Below are positions 56,241 through 63,747 of a stretch of DNA of 64,000 nucleotides, in pieces. Position numbers and translations under genes: made by a program. Every line of letters starts with the position of its first letter. Positions within the stretch are counted from its first letter, which is position 1. The notes below the pieces were generated by a model. It ran no database searches. It was not told the origin of the DNA and worked only from the letters and a program-made list of their open reading frames with translations. Origin of the DNA: Acidimicrobiales bacterium (GTDB lineage: Bacteria; Actinomycetota; Acidimicrobiia; Acidimicrobiales; Bin134); contig OZ246892.1 of assembly GCA_965231915.1 (NCBI GenBank), positions 1,664,897 to 1,728,896 of the forward strand, written 5' to 3'.

Positions 56241-56331
56241 GTTGGGGGTGCCCAGAAAAGAAAGACCCGGCACACCCTAGGCGAGCTTTCGACTCCCTAG
56301 GTGAGCACCGGGTGGGTACGGCAAATGTACC
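56227..56331. repeat. Element E copy 2 (expanded hairpin version)
   Basis: Same flanks as copy 1 (GCAGCGGCTGACCAG..AGAAAAGAAAGACCCGGCAC...CACCGGGT) with an inner CCTAGG...CCTAGG extension. The second hairpin GGTAC-GGCAAAT-GTACC replaces GGGTG-TGAA-CACCC. Confidence 0.7.
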
Positions 56332-56412
56332 GGGGCGGCGGCGGTGTTGCAAGCACCTATTGGCGGGTGCTTGTTCCGCGAGCTGGCTACTAGCCTGGCG
56401 GTCTGCGGTGCC

Positions 56413-56456
56413 CGCCGACGATCTTGGGGAGTTGGCAGGCGAAAAAATCGTCGGCG
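56413..56456. promoter_or_regulatory. Perfect 10-bp inverted repeat CGCCGACGAT-N24-ATCGTCGGCG just upstream of the XRE gene RBS
   Basis: Arms at 56413-56422 and 56447-56456. The RBS GAAGGAGG and GTG 56472 follow. Confidence 0.4.
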
Positions 56457-56471
56457 GTGAAGGAGGACACC

Positions 56472-56792
56472 GTGGCCAACTACTCGCGATGGGAGAGCAT
56501 CAAGAAACAGCGCGGCGAACCATCAGAGGAGACCCGTGCTGGCATCGAGCAGGACTTGGCCCTGGGACAGTTGATCTATGACATGCACCGCGGGGCCAAC
56601 CTCAGCCAGAGGGAACTGGCTCAGCGCATGGGCACCACTCAGTCGGTCATATCCCGACTCGAAGAGGGCGGTGGCGCACGGAACCGGATCGACACCCTTG
56701 CCCGGGTCGCCACGGCCTTGGGTCGACACTTGGTGGTCTCGTTTCCCACGGAGGTCCCTGACTCCCTCGAAGACGCAGTGCAAGTCGCATGA
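56472..56792 (+). CDS. XRE-family HTH protein (HigA2-like antitoxin/regulator)
   Basis: GTG 56472 preceded by [35 protein letters not shown]. 106 aa. Confidence 0.8.
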   Translation: MANYSRWESIKKQRGEPSEETRAGIEQDLALGQLIYDMHRGANLSQRELAQRMGTTQSVISRLEEGGGARNRIDTLARVATALGRHLVVSFPTEVPDSLEDAVQVA

Positions 56793-56864
56793 GCGCCCTA
56801 GAGAGTTGCTCTTCTTGCGACTCTCCATTGTCTGATCTTTTGAGCCTTCTGCGATACTGGCGGC

Positions 56865-57503
56865 GTGTTGGACCCCGTGACGCAGGCTCGCGAGCTCATC
56901 AGAATCGTGTCCCGCGATACGAGGTTGCCTAGGTATGTCCGCAGAAGCGCGGCCAGCCTTCAGGCGCTGGCTGCTGTCCAACCTCCGCTAGTTCTTGATG
57001 GTCTCGAGGCACTTCGACAGAGGGTTATTCCCGACCTGGCTTTGCAGCAGCCAACTTGTGATTACGCACGGTGTGTCTCTGTTGACGCATTCTGGGAGCA
57101 CAACCTGCACTCGGAGCGCCGTGCTGCCTTCGTGACCTCGAAGGATTATCTCCATTGGCTGAGACTTCAGGCTGATCCTGCGACATCTGCCCTCAATGAC
57201 ATCTCGACTGGCAACATCGTGCCTGCTGCCCACTCTTGGATGGTGCCCGCGGCCAACATCGCTGGGTTGAATGGCCGCAGCCTGAAAGTCCGGCTGAAGC
57301 TCAGCAATAGCGAGCCTCCCTATCTGATTTTCATATTTCCCGTGGCGAAGCTGCAAGCAGCCGGTGTGCAAGTGCGCGAGCCACGTGGGGTGGACGCAGT
57401 GCCCGCTCGACATGTGCAGTGGTCGCCAGGGGGCGTACCCGATGAGCGGATCGATCAGGATATTCCGTATGCCGCTCTGGGAGGAATACAATGGCGGCCA
57501 TAG
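56865..57503 (+). CDS. Hypothetical protein (212 aa)
   Basis: ORF with GTG start, 72 nt after the XRE gene, overlapping the next gene by 13 nt. No family recognised. Confidence 0.55.
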   Translation: MLDPVTQARELIRIVSRDTRLPRYVRRSAASLQALAAVQPPLVLDGLEALRQRVIPDLALQQPTCDYARCVSVDAFWEHNLHSERRAAFVTSKDYLHWLRLQADPATSALNDISTGNIVPAAHSWMVPAANIAGLNGRSLKVRLKLSNSEPPYLIFIFPVAKLQAAGVQVREPRGVDAVPARHVQWSPGGVPDERIDQDIPYAALGGIQWRP

Positions 57504-58936
57504 AGCAGCCCTCACCCGCCCTGTACAGTGCGGTGCTCCACATTTTGGGCAACACCGATTCCCACACACGGTCGATGTCGGTCACGATGTCCGATCTGGT
57601 AGAGCATCTCAACGCTGAGCAGGCTGCCCGCTTGCCGGATGCAATCGGCCAAGTCCTCCCGCTGCTGGGCAATGACCCGGAGCGGCTGCGATTCGCGGCA
57701 CATCTTGCCGTTCGATTCGACCTTTTTGAAGCGGCTGCTGAATTGGCGGAGATTGCTTTAGCTGTCGACGATCGCGATCTGAAGCTTGCCGCGGCGATGC
57801 TCTGCGGGAATCCGGCTGTCGAAGCCCCAGTCCGCCAGCGAGTTGCCAAGGCAGTGGCCGATGACCCGTTCGGCCTGATAAGGCTGGATCGCGGCTTTGT
57901 TCCTGGAACAGAAGACGAGCAGCGTCTGTATGCGCAGTGCTGGCCGGGTGTCCGCACCGAGTCCTCGCATTTGCCGCAGACTCCGGCAGTAGTGCTGGAT
58001 GGGAACTACCCGGCTGATGCAGCCCTTCGCTTGGCTGTTCGCCTCGACAAGGCCGGTGCATCAGTACGTCGGCTCTCACCGGGGGCTCGAATCCCGTATT
58101 GGTTCGGTGCCCAGACCGTGCTCGTCTGCCAGGCGCCTACCAGAAGCCGAGTTTTGAACAGCTATCCGCAGTTTCCCGAGCGCCAGATACTGGTTGTGGA
58201 TATGCCTGCGGGTAATCGGGAGGCCGACGGGCTGCTGCGCCGAGTAAACGGCGCGCTGGCCGGGCCGCACAGACTCGCACTCGGTGGATTGGGGTCGGAG
58301 GTTGGATACGCTGTTTGGGCGCCTGAAGTGTTCACCGCTGGGGCTTACACCACCAAGGATGCGGCGTTTTTGGCCGGGACCACGTCTTCCTCGCTCAACC
58401 GCCTTCGCACCCGGGGAGTTCTCGAACCACGCAATGCGGGGATTTTCCTCTGGACGTTTCGAGACGTGGTAGCGGTTCGCACTTGGGCATATCTGAAGTC
58501 GGTGACGAGAAAACGGATTCCAAGCAAGGTTGTCGAGGAACTGGCCCGGTTTGCCGGTGACTCCGAGGCAGTACGGCTTGGAGCCACATCCGAGGGGAGG
58601 GTGCTGGTAGACCAGGGAGACGGATGGGATGACGTGGTGAGCGGCCAGAGGGTGATGGGGATCCCCATCACCGACATCGACGAAGTCTTTCGTCCGTTTG
58701 ACTACGGAGGCGGCACCACGCTTGACCTGCTTCAAGCCAGCGCAAACACCGAGCTACACCCAACAGTCCTCAGCGGCACTCCCTACCTTCACGGCCATCG
58801 GATTAGCGCCAAGGCATTGGCAAGCGTCGACACCCTCTGTCGGCGAGAGGCCATTGAAGCTGCCTACCCCGAGTTGGCGGGCAAGTCGTTCGAAGACACG
58901 GTGTCGGTTGGCAAGCAGCTCTTGAGCGCTTTCTAA
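57491..58936 (+). CDS. Fusion protein: unknown about 280-aa N-terminal domain + MerR-like HTH/DUF433 (VapB45-like) C-terminal half
   Basis: C-terminal YTTKDAAFLAGTTSSSLNRLRTRGVLEP...WTFRDVVAVRTWAYLK ... HPTVLSGTPYLHGHRISAKAL matches the DUF433 antitoxin-type layout. Confidence 0.65.
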   Translation: MAAIEQPSPALYSAVLHILGNTDSHTRSMSVTMSDLVEHLNAEQAARLPDAIGQVLPLLGNDPERLRFAAHLAVRFDLFEAAAELAEIALAVDDRDLKLAAAMLCGNPAVEAPVRQRVAKAVADDPFGLIRLDRGFVPGTEDEQRLYAQCWPGVRTESSHLPQTPAVVLDGNYPADAALRLAVRLDKAGASVRRLSPGARIPYWFGAQTVLVCQAPTRSRVLNSYPQFPERQILVVDMPAGNREADGLLRRVNGALAGPHRLALGGLGSEVGYAVWAPEVFTAGAYTTKDAAFLAGTTSSSLNRLRTRGVLEPRNAGIFLWTFRDVVAVRTWAYLKSVTRKRIPSKVVEELARFAGDSEAVRLGATSEGRVLVDQGDGWDDVVSGQRVMGIPITDIDEVFRPFDYGGGTTLDLLQASANTELHPTVLSGTPYLHGHRISAKALASVDTLCRREAIEAAYPELAGKSFEDTVSVGKQLLSAF

Positions 58937-58938
58937 CC

Positions 58939-59301
58939 GTGCGGTTTCTCTACGACGCTGTCCTGCCCCAGAGCCTTTCTCTCGAAGCGCCGACAGGAGT
59001 GACGTTTGACCGCTGGGATGGTTCTGCTGTTTCAGACGCCGAGCTCGTCCGCGCCTCTGCGGAGCGAGGATGCCGCGGCGTGATCCTCTGGGGCCGTGAC
59101 TCACTTCAACAAGCAGACCTTCGAGACACCGCCCAAGAAGCAGGCGTGGCTCTCGTGGCGGTAGAAGCCGACAACCCCGTTGAAGCCAAGCAGCGAATCC
59201 TGAGGAATTTATCTTTGTTGCGCCGGAAGTTGGCGGAGCATGACTGCCTGCTCGTGCTAGCCAGCGAAGTCCGCCCCATGGAGAGCGCCAGTTCGCTGTA
59301 G
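58939..59301 (+). CDS. DUF5615-like (PIN-like, VapC45-type) protein
   Basis: MRFLYDAVLPQSL...SDAELVRASAERGCRGVILWGRDS resembles DUF5615, the usual partner of DUF433. Lies 2 nt after the upstream stop. Confidence 0.6.
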   Translation: MRFLYDAVLPQSLSLEAPTGVTFDRWDGSAVSDAELVRASAERGCRGVILWGRDSLQQADLRDTAQEAGVALVAVEADNPVEAKQRILRNLSLLRRKLAEHDCLLVLASEVRPMESASSL

Positions 59302-59462
59302 AAGCCATCTGTACCGTTGTTCCCGCTTCCCCGACCGGGGTCAGCAACCTCCGTCAGTTTTAGATGCATGCGAGAGGCGGGTGTCCGTAGATGGCGGTGA
59401 GGTGACGTTTCGGATTGGCGAACTCGCGAGGCCCTTGAGAATCGAGGACGGCGGGAGGGAGA

Positions 59463-62255
59463 TTGTGGCTGGCTGGGGTAGCGTGGCTCGCTGTGAGTGA
59501 GGGGGGCTATCGGCCGAAGCTGATTGAGGTGGCTTTGCCTTTGGCGGTGATCAATGCGGAGGCGGCGAGGGAGAAGTCGATTCGGCATGGGCATCCTTCG
59601 ACTTTGCACCTTTGGTGGGCGCGGCGGCCGCTGGCGGCGGCGAGGGCAGTGATTTGGGCGTCGCTGGTGGATGATCCTTCGGGGGATGAGTCGCTGACTT
59701 CGGAGGAGCAGGAGGCTGAGCGGCAGCGGCTGTTTGGCATCTTGGAGCGGCTGGTGAAGTGGGAGAACTCCAACAATCCTGAGGTGTTGGGTGAGGCCCG
59801 GGCGGAGATCGACCGCTGCTTCCCGGAGGGGCCGCCGCCGATCCTCGATCCGTTCGCCGGGGGTGGGGCCATTCCGCTGGAGGCACAGCGGTTGGGGCTC
59901 AAGGCGCTGGCTGGAGACTTGAATCCGGTGGCGGTGCTGATCAACAAGGCGATGATCGAGATACCGCCGCGTTTCGCCGGGATGCCGCCAGTGCATCCGG
60001 ATATCGACAAGAGCCTCACGACGTGGGATCGGGCGCAGGGGTTGGCTGCGGACGTGGAGGCGTATGGGCGGTGGATGCGTGATGAGGCCAAGCAGCGCAT
60101 CGGGCACCTGTACCCGGATGCGACAGGGCCTAACGGTGAGAAGCTGACGCCGATTGCCTGGATATGGGCGCGGACAGTGGAGTCTCCTGATCCGAGTTGG
60201 TCGGGGCATGTGCCGTTGGTGGCGTCATGGACGCTCGTCAACAAGCCGGGCAAGCCGAAAGTATGGATTGAGCCGATCATTGATCGGGATGCACAGACAA
60301 TCAGTTACGAGGTTCGTGAGGGCGGGGAGCCTTCGCGCGAAAGGACCGTGAAACGGGGCAACGGCACCTGCATCGCCACCGGTGCAGCGATCTCCGGTGA
60401 CTACATAAAGTCCGAAAGCCGTGCCGGGCGCATGAGCCAGCAACTCATGGCTGTTGTCGCGGAAGGCGTTGGCGGGCGTAGCTACCTCCCTGTCATGGCT
60501 CAAGAAATTGAAGCTGCCAAGTGCAAAGAACCTGAATGGAAACCCGAGGGCAAGAACCCCGAGAAGCTGACTGGCGGCACCGTCTACATCTATGGCTTTG
60601 ACGAGTGGTGGAAGTTGTTCACACAGAGACAGTTAGTAGCGTTGACCACATTCTCAGACCTCATTGCCGAAGTTGCGGAGCGAGTGGCTGGGGATGCCGT
60701 TGCTGCGGGTGTTTTCGACGACGGCGGGCGGCTTCGCGACGGCGGGCGAGGTGCAACGGCCTATGCCGATGCTGTCGTCACATACCTAGCCTTGGGCCTT
60801 AGCAGGCTTACTGACATGTGCAATGCCTTCTGCAGATGGGAATCTTCTAGAACGCAGGTGCGTAACTTGTTCAGCCGACAAGCTATTCCAATGACGTGGG
60901 ACTTTGCGGAGAATAACGTGTTTAACAAAGCTGGAGGCGACTTCCAAACTTCCCTTGGAAGCCTAGTACGGGCATTGGAGCAACTTCCTGCTAGCGGCAG
61001 CGGCGAAGTTGTCCAGCGAGATGCTCGAGCTCGAATTCAAGAGCATGAGGGAGCAATTATTTCTACTGATCCGCCTTACTACGACAACATTTCCTATGCA
61101 GACCTCTCTGATTTCTTCTTCGTCTGGTTGCGAAAGAATGTCGCGGAGATTTGGCCAGATGAGTGCTCCACGCTCCTAACACCGAAAGCCGATGAGCTGA
61201 TTGCCAATAGGTATCGAGCTGGTTCGAGAGAACAAGCAGAAGAACATTTTGAGTCAGGCATGGCAGAATTCATGTCTCAAGTAGCTCAGTATCAATCAGT
61301 TGGAGTCCCTGCCACGGTCTACTACGCATACAAGGCAACAGAGACAAAGGAGGGGAATGTCCGTGTCACCGGCTGGGATACATTTCTCCAGGCTGTTCTA
61401 GACGCGGGTTTGCAAGTGAATGCCACCTGGCCGATGAGAACCGAGCTGGGTAACCGCTTGCTGGCTTCAAGGAGCAATGCTTTGGCATCTTCCATCGTGC
61501 TGGCTTGTCGTCCACGAGCAGTATCGGCATCCCTTGCTACTCGCGGAGAGTTCATCGCAGCACTTCGAGCGGAACTCCCCGAGGCGGTACGCATCCTGCA
61601 AACGGGGAACATCGCCCCGGTTGATATGGCCCAGTCCACCATTGGGCCGGGGATCAAGGTGTTCTCGCGGTACGCTAAGGTGGTTGAGGCTGATGGGTCG
61701 TCGATGCCGGTGTCGGCGGCGTTGGCGATCATCAACGATGTGCTGGGCGAGGTGCTTGACGGGGAGGAAGCGGAGTTAGACCGTGACACCCGGTTTGCCC
61801 TGACCTGGTTTTCTGAGCATGGCTACAGCCCTGGTTCCGCCGGAGACGCTGACAGCGTGGCCAATGCCAAGAACACATCGTTGGCAGGAATTGAAGAATC
61901 AGGCATTGGTGAGGCTCGTGCTGGCAAGTTCCGGCTGTATGAGCGTTCGGAACTTGCCGAGGGCTGGTTGCCCGCCGAGGATTTGCGGCTGACGGTGTGG
62001 GAGGCACTCCAGTATCTGATTGCCGCCTTGGAGCGGTCGGAGTCGGAGGCGGCTGAGCTGTTGCACACCCTGGGCGGCTACGGCGAGCGGGCCCGCCAAC
62101 TGGCCTATTTGCTCTACCAGAAGGCCAACGACAAGGGATGGGCCGCCGAAGCCGGCGCCTACAACACCCTCATCACCGCCTGGCCCAGCCTTCGGACCGG
62201 GGCCGACGCCTCCGCCGCCGCAGCCTCGGCCCCCGTCCAAGACGCGATGCTCTGA
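59463..62255 (+). CDS. DUF1156-domain (COG1743-type) N6-adenine DNA methyltransferase
   Basis: KLIEVALPLAVINAEAAREKSIRHGHPSTLHLWWARRPLAAARA (DUF1156 hallmark), DPFAGGGAIPLEAQRLG SAM loop, STDPPYYDNISYADLSDFF catalytic motif. True start may be GTG 59493. Confidence 0.85.
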   Translation: MWLAGVAWLAVSEGGYRPKLIEVALPLAVINAEAAREKSIRHGHPSTLHLWWARRPLAAARAVIWASLVDDPSGDESLTSEEQEAERQRLFGILERLVKWENSNNPEVLGEARAEIDRCFPEGPPPILDPFAGGGAIPLEAQRLGLKALAGDLNPVAVLINKAMIEIPPRFAGMPPVHPDIDKSLTTWDRAQGLAADVEAYGRWMRDEAKQRIGHLYPDATGPNGEKLTPIAWIWARTVESPDPSWSGHVPLVASWTLVNKPGKPKVWIEPIIDRDAQTISYEVREGGEPSRERTVKRGNGTCIATGAAISGDYIKSESRAGRMSQQLMAVVAEGVGGRSYLPVMAQEIEAAKCKEPEWKPEGKNPEKLTGGTVYIYGFDEWWKLFTQRQLVALTTFSDLIAEVAERVAGDAVAAGVFDDGGRLRDGGRGATAYADAVVTYLALGLSRLTDMCNAFCRWESSRTQVRNLFSRQAIPMTWDFAENNVFNKAGGDFQTSLGSLVRALEQLPASGSGEVVQRDARARIQEHEGAIISTDPPYYDNISYADLSDFFFVWLRKNVAEIWPDECSTLLTPKADELIANRYRAGSREQAEEHFESGMAEFMSQVAQYQSVGVPATVYYAYKATETKEGNVRVTGWDTFLQAVLDAGLQVNATWPMRTELGNRLLASRSNALASSIVLACRPRAVSASLATRGEFIAALRAELPEAVRILQTGNIAPVDMAQSTIGPGIKVFSRYAKVVEADGSSMPVSAALAIINDVLGEVLDGEEAELDRDTRFALTWFSEHGYSPGSAGDADSVANAKNTSLAGIEESGIGEARAGKFRLYERSELAEGWLPAEDLRLTVWEALQYLIAALERSESEAAELLHTLGGYGERARQLAYLLYQKANDKGWAAEAGAYNTLITAWPSLRTGADASAAAASAPVQDAML

Positions 62256-62263
62256 CGGCACTT

Positions 62264-62466
62264 GGGCTGATCGCGGAAAGCGGGCACCTGTTGCGGCGCG
62301 ATGAGACCGAGCAGCAGATGTCCAACCGGCGATCGGCAAGGCGACCGCCGATACTGGTGCGCAAGGCCGGTTACCGCCCCAGAGTCCAGGATGAGGGTTC
62401 AACCTTCTGCTCACTGTTCTCAGTTGTAGTAGTTCCTGCCCCAGAGTCCAGGATGAGTGCCCTCAC
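62264..62466 (-). pseudogene. Decayed PIN-toxin gene (module A), internally duplicated and cut off by the methylase 3' end
   Basis: GTG 62466 overlaps the antitoxin-A stop (GTGA). VRALILDSGA is followed by junk, then a second out-of-frame LILDSGAVTGLA. Homology to PIN B (LVLDSGAVTALA) fades before 62260. Confidence 0.65.
62377..62457. repeat. Direct duplication of the 19-mer CCCCAGAGTCCAGGATGAG (62-nt period)
   Basis: Copies at 62377-62395 and 62439-62457. A diverged third copy (CTCCAGAGTCCAGAACGAG) lies at 63415-63433 inside the intact PIN gene. Confidence 0.85.
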
Positions 62467-62740
62467 TGACGGATGTCTTTTGTCAGATGCTCTTCTATGG
62501 GGCGCCACCAGGCTTCGGCGCTCGCCATCTCCTCTTCTGAGGGTTCTCCTATCTCCTCGAAGAGCTCAGCGATGCACCGCTCATGTTTCTCGCGGAGCTT
62601 TTGTTTATGGGCTTCCGAGATGATGATGGGGTCGGGCACCTAGTCGGCCCACTCATCTCAGATCTCGTTCTTTTCCTCTTCGGTAAGCGCCTGGATGTCG
62701 CTCATCGGGCTTTTGCGGTCCAACACGAGCCCACTTCTAT
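62463..62740 (-). pseudogene. Decayed antitoxin gene (module A), paralogue of 63439-63738
   Basis: Translation ..RSGLVLDRKSPMSDIQALTEEEKNEI*DEWAD*VPDPIIISEAHKQKLRE...EEMASAEAWWRPIEEHL has in-frame TGA (62658-62660) and TAG (62640-62642). The 22-nt run 62719-62740 is identical to 63695-63716. Confidence 0.7.
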
Positions 62741-63049
62741 TTCCAGAGCCCCCACGGTCTCTTCGAGTGCGCCAGATTCTCACTACAACGGTCACCAGCC
62801 GACCGAGAATCAGAATAGCGAAAATCGAGCCCGGCATCGATAGCAGTACATACCCGGCGTTAGGAAGCCGAGAATCGAAATGCCGAATCAGATAGCCCCC
62901 GCCAAACGCGCCGACAAATGCGAGAAGCGGCACCTGGAGCTTTTCCCAACGCCAGCGCCGATCCCGAAACCGGTCCCGAACTGCGAGCTGCCCACCCCTT
63001 CCACCACAGTACAGGGCTAGTGCCCCCTTGTTTGAAGCCGGTCGAATCT

Positions 63050-63442
63050 CTACTTCGACATACCAAAAACGCTTACGTCTTGGGCGTGGGAGGCCAGCGC
63101 TGTGAGGTCTTTGATGTCGCTGGTAATGACGGTGCCTCCAGGTTCAGCCATGGCGACTACTACCGCGTCAACGGCAGAGCCGCGACCAGCCTTAGCCCTC
63201 AGGGAACCCGCTCGACGCGCCAGCCTTTCGTGGGGGCCGTCAACCACCACGCAAGTCTTCAGGAAGCGGTTGACCACTGCGTCTGTGTGCTGACGGCCTG
63301 ACAGGCATTCTACAAGGACAATGGAAGGCACGAATGCAGGCAAGGAGTCGTGTATTTCGGTTAGGGGAGCTCCTGCTGCCAATCGCCCACCTCGGCGAGC
63401 TAAAGCGGTGACTGCTCCAGAGTCCAGAACGAGGTTGTTCAA
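63050..63442 (-). CDS. PIN-domain toxin (module B, intact)
   Basis: TTG 63442 overlaps the antitoxin stop (TTGA). LVLDSGAV, VLVEC, DAVVVAMA, ITSDIKD acidic PIN residues. Confidence 0.75.
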   Translation of the reverse strand: MNNLVLDSGAVTALARRGGRLAAGAPLTEIHDSLPAFVPSIVLVECLSGRQHTDAVVNRFLKTCVVVDGPHERLARRAGSLRAKAGRGSAVDAVVVAMAEPGGTVITSDIKDLTALASHAQDVSVFGMSK

Positions 63443-63738
63443 CGTCTGTTCGTCTTCTTCAGGTGTTCCTCGATGGGACGCCAAAAGGCTAGGGATTGGG
63501 CCATCTCCTCAGGGGATGGTTCCCCAAATTCTTCGAACTGCTCAGCGAGGTACCGGTCGAATTCTTCGCGGAGCTCTTGTCTGCGGGCCTCTGAGATGAT
63601 GATGGGGTCAGGTACGTAGTCGGCCCACTCGTCTTCGAACTCGCCATCGTCGGGTTTGGTGCCGGCCCAGTCGGTGGACGTCAGGTCGCTGCGATCCAAC
63701 ACGAGCCCACTTCTATCAGCTCTGAGCATGAAAATCAA
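63439..63738 (-). CDS. Putative antitoxin of PIN module B (family not recognised)
   Basis: 99-aa acidic protein, translationally coupled to the PIN gene. Start could be 63738 or 63729. Confidence 0.6.
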   Translation of the reverse strand: MIFMLRADRSGLVLDRSDLTSTDWAGTKPDDGEFEDEWADYVPDPIIISEARRQELREEFDRYLAEQFEEFGEPSPEEMAQSLAFWRPIEEHLKKTNRR

Positions 63739-63747
63739 TGAAAATAC

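Noticed and set aside
55879-56352. 157-aa minus-strand ORF crossing the AT-rich spacer
   Set aside because: It runs antisense through the methylase remnant and across the 22% GC spacer, where Ile/Tyr/Leu/Phe-rich runs reflect composition. It also overlaps the better-supported small ORF at 55832-56014.
56150-56581. 143-aa plus-strand ORF spanning the methylase remnant, element E and the start of the XRE gene
   Set aside because: Only its first ~30 codons resemble anything (the DUF1156 N-terminus). The rest reads through a hairpin repeat and overlaps the XRE gene out of frame. It is treated as a pseudogene remnant plus chance read-through.
62741-62933. 2-TM-like peptide ORF (MPLLAFVGAFGGGYLIRHF...ILILGRLVTVVV) fused in frame upstream of pseudo-antitoxin A
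   Set aside because: It could be a real small membrane protein. However, there is no independent stop before the pseudogene, no RBS was recognised and there is no homology. It is left unannotated and mentioned under the TA finding.
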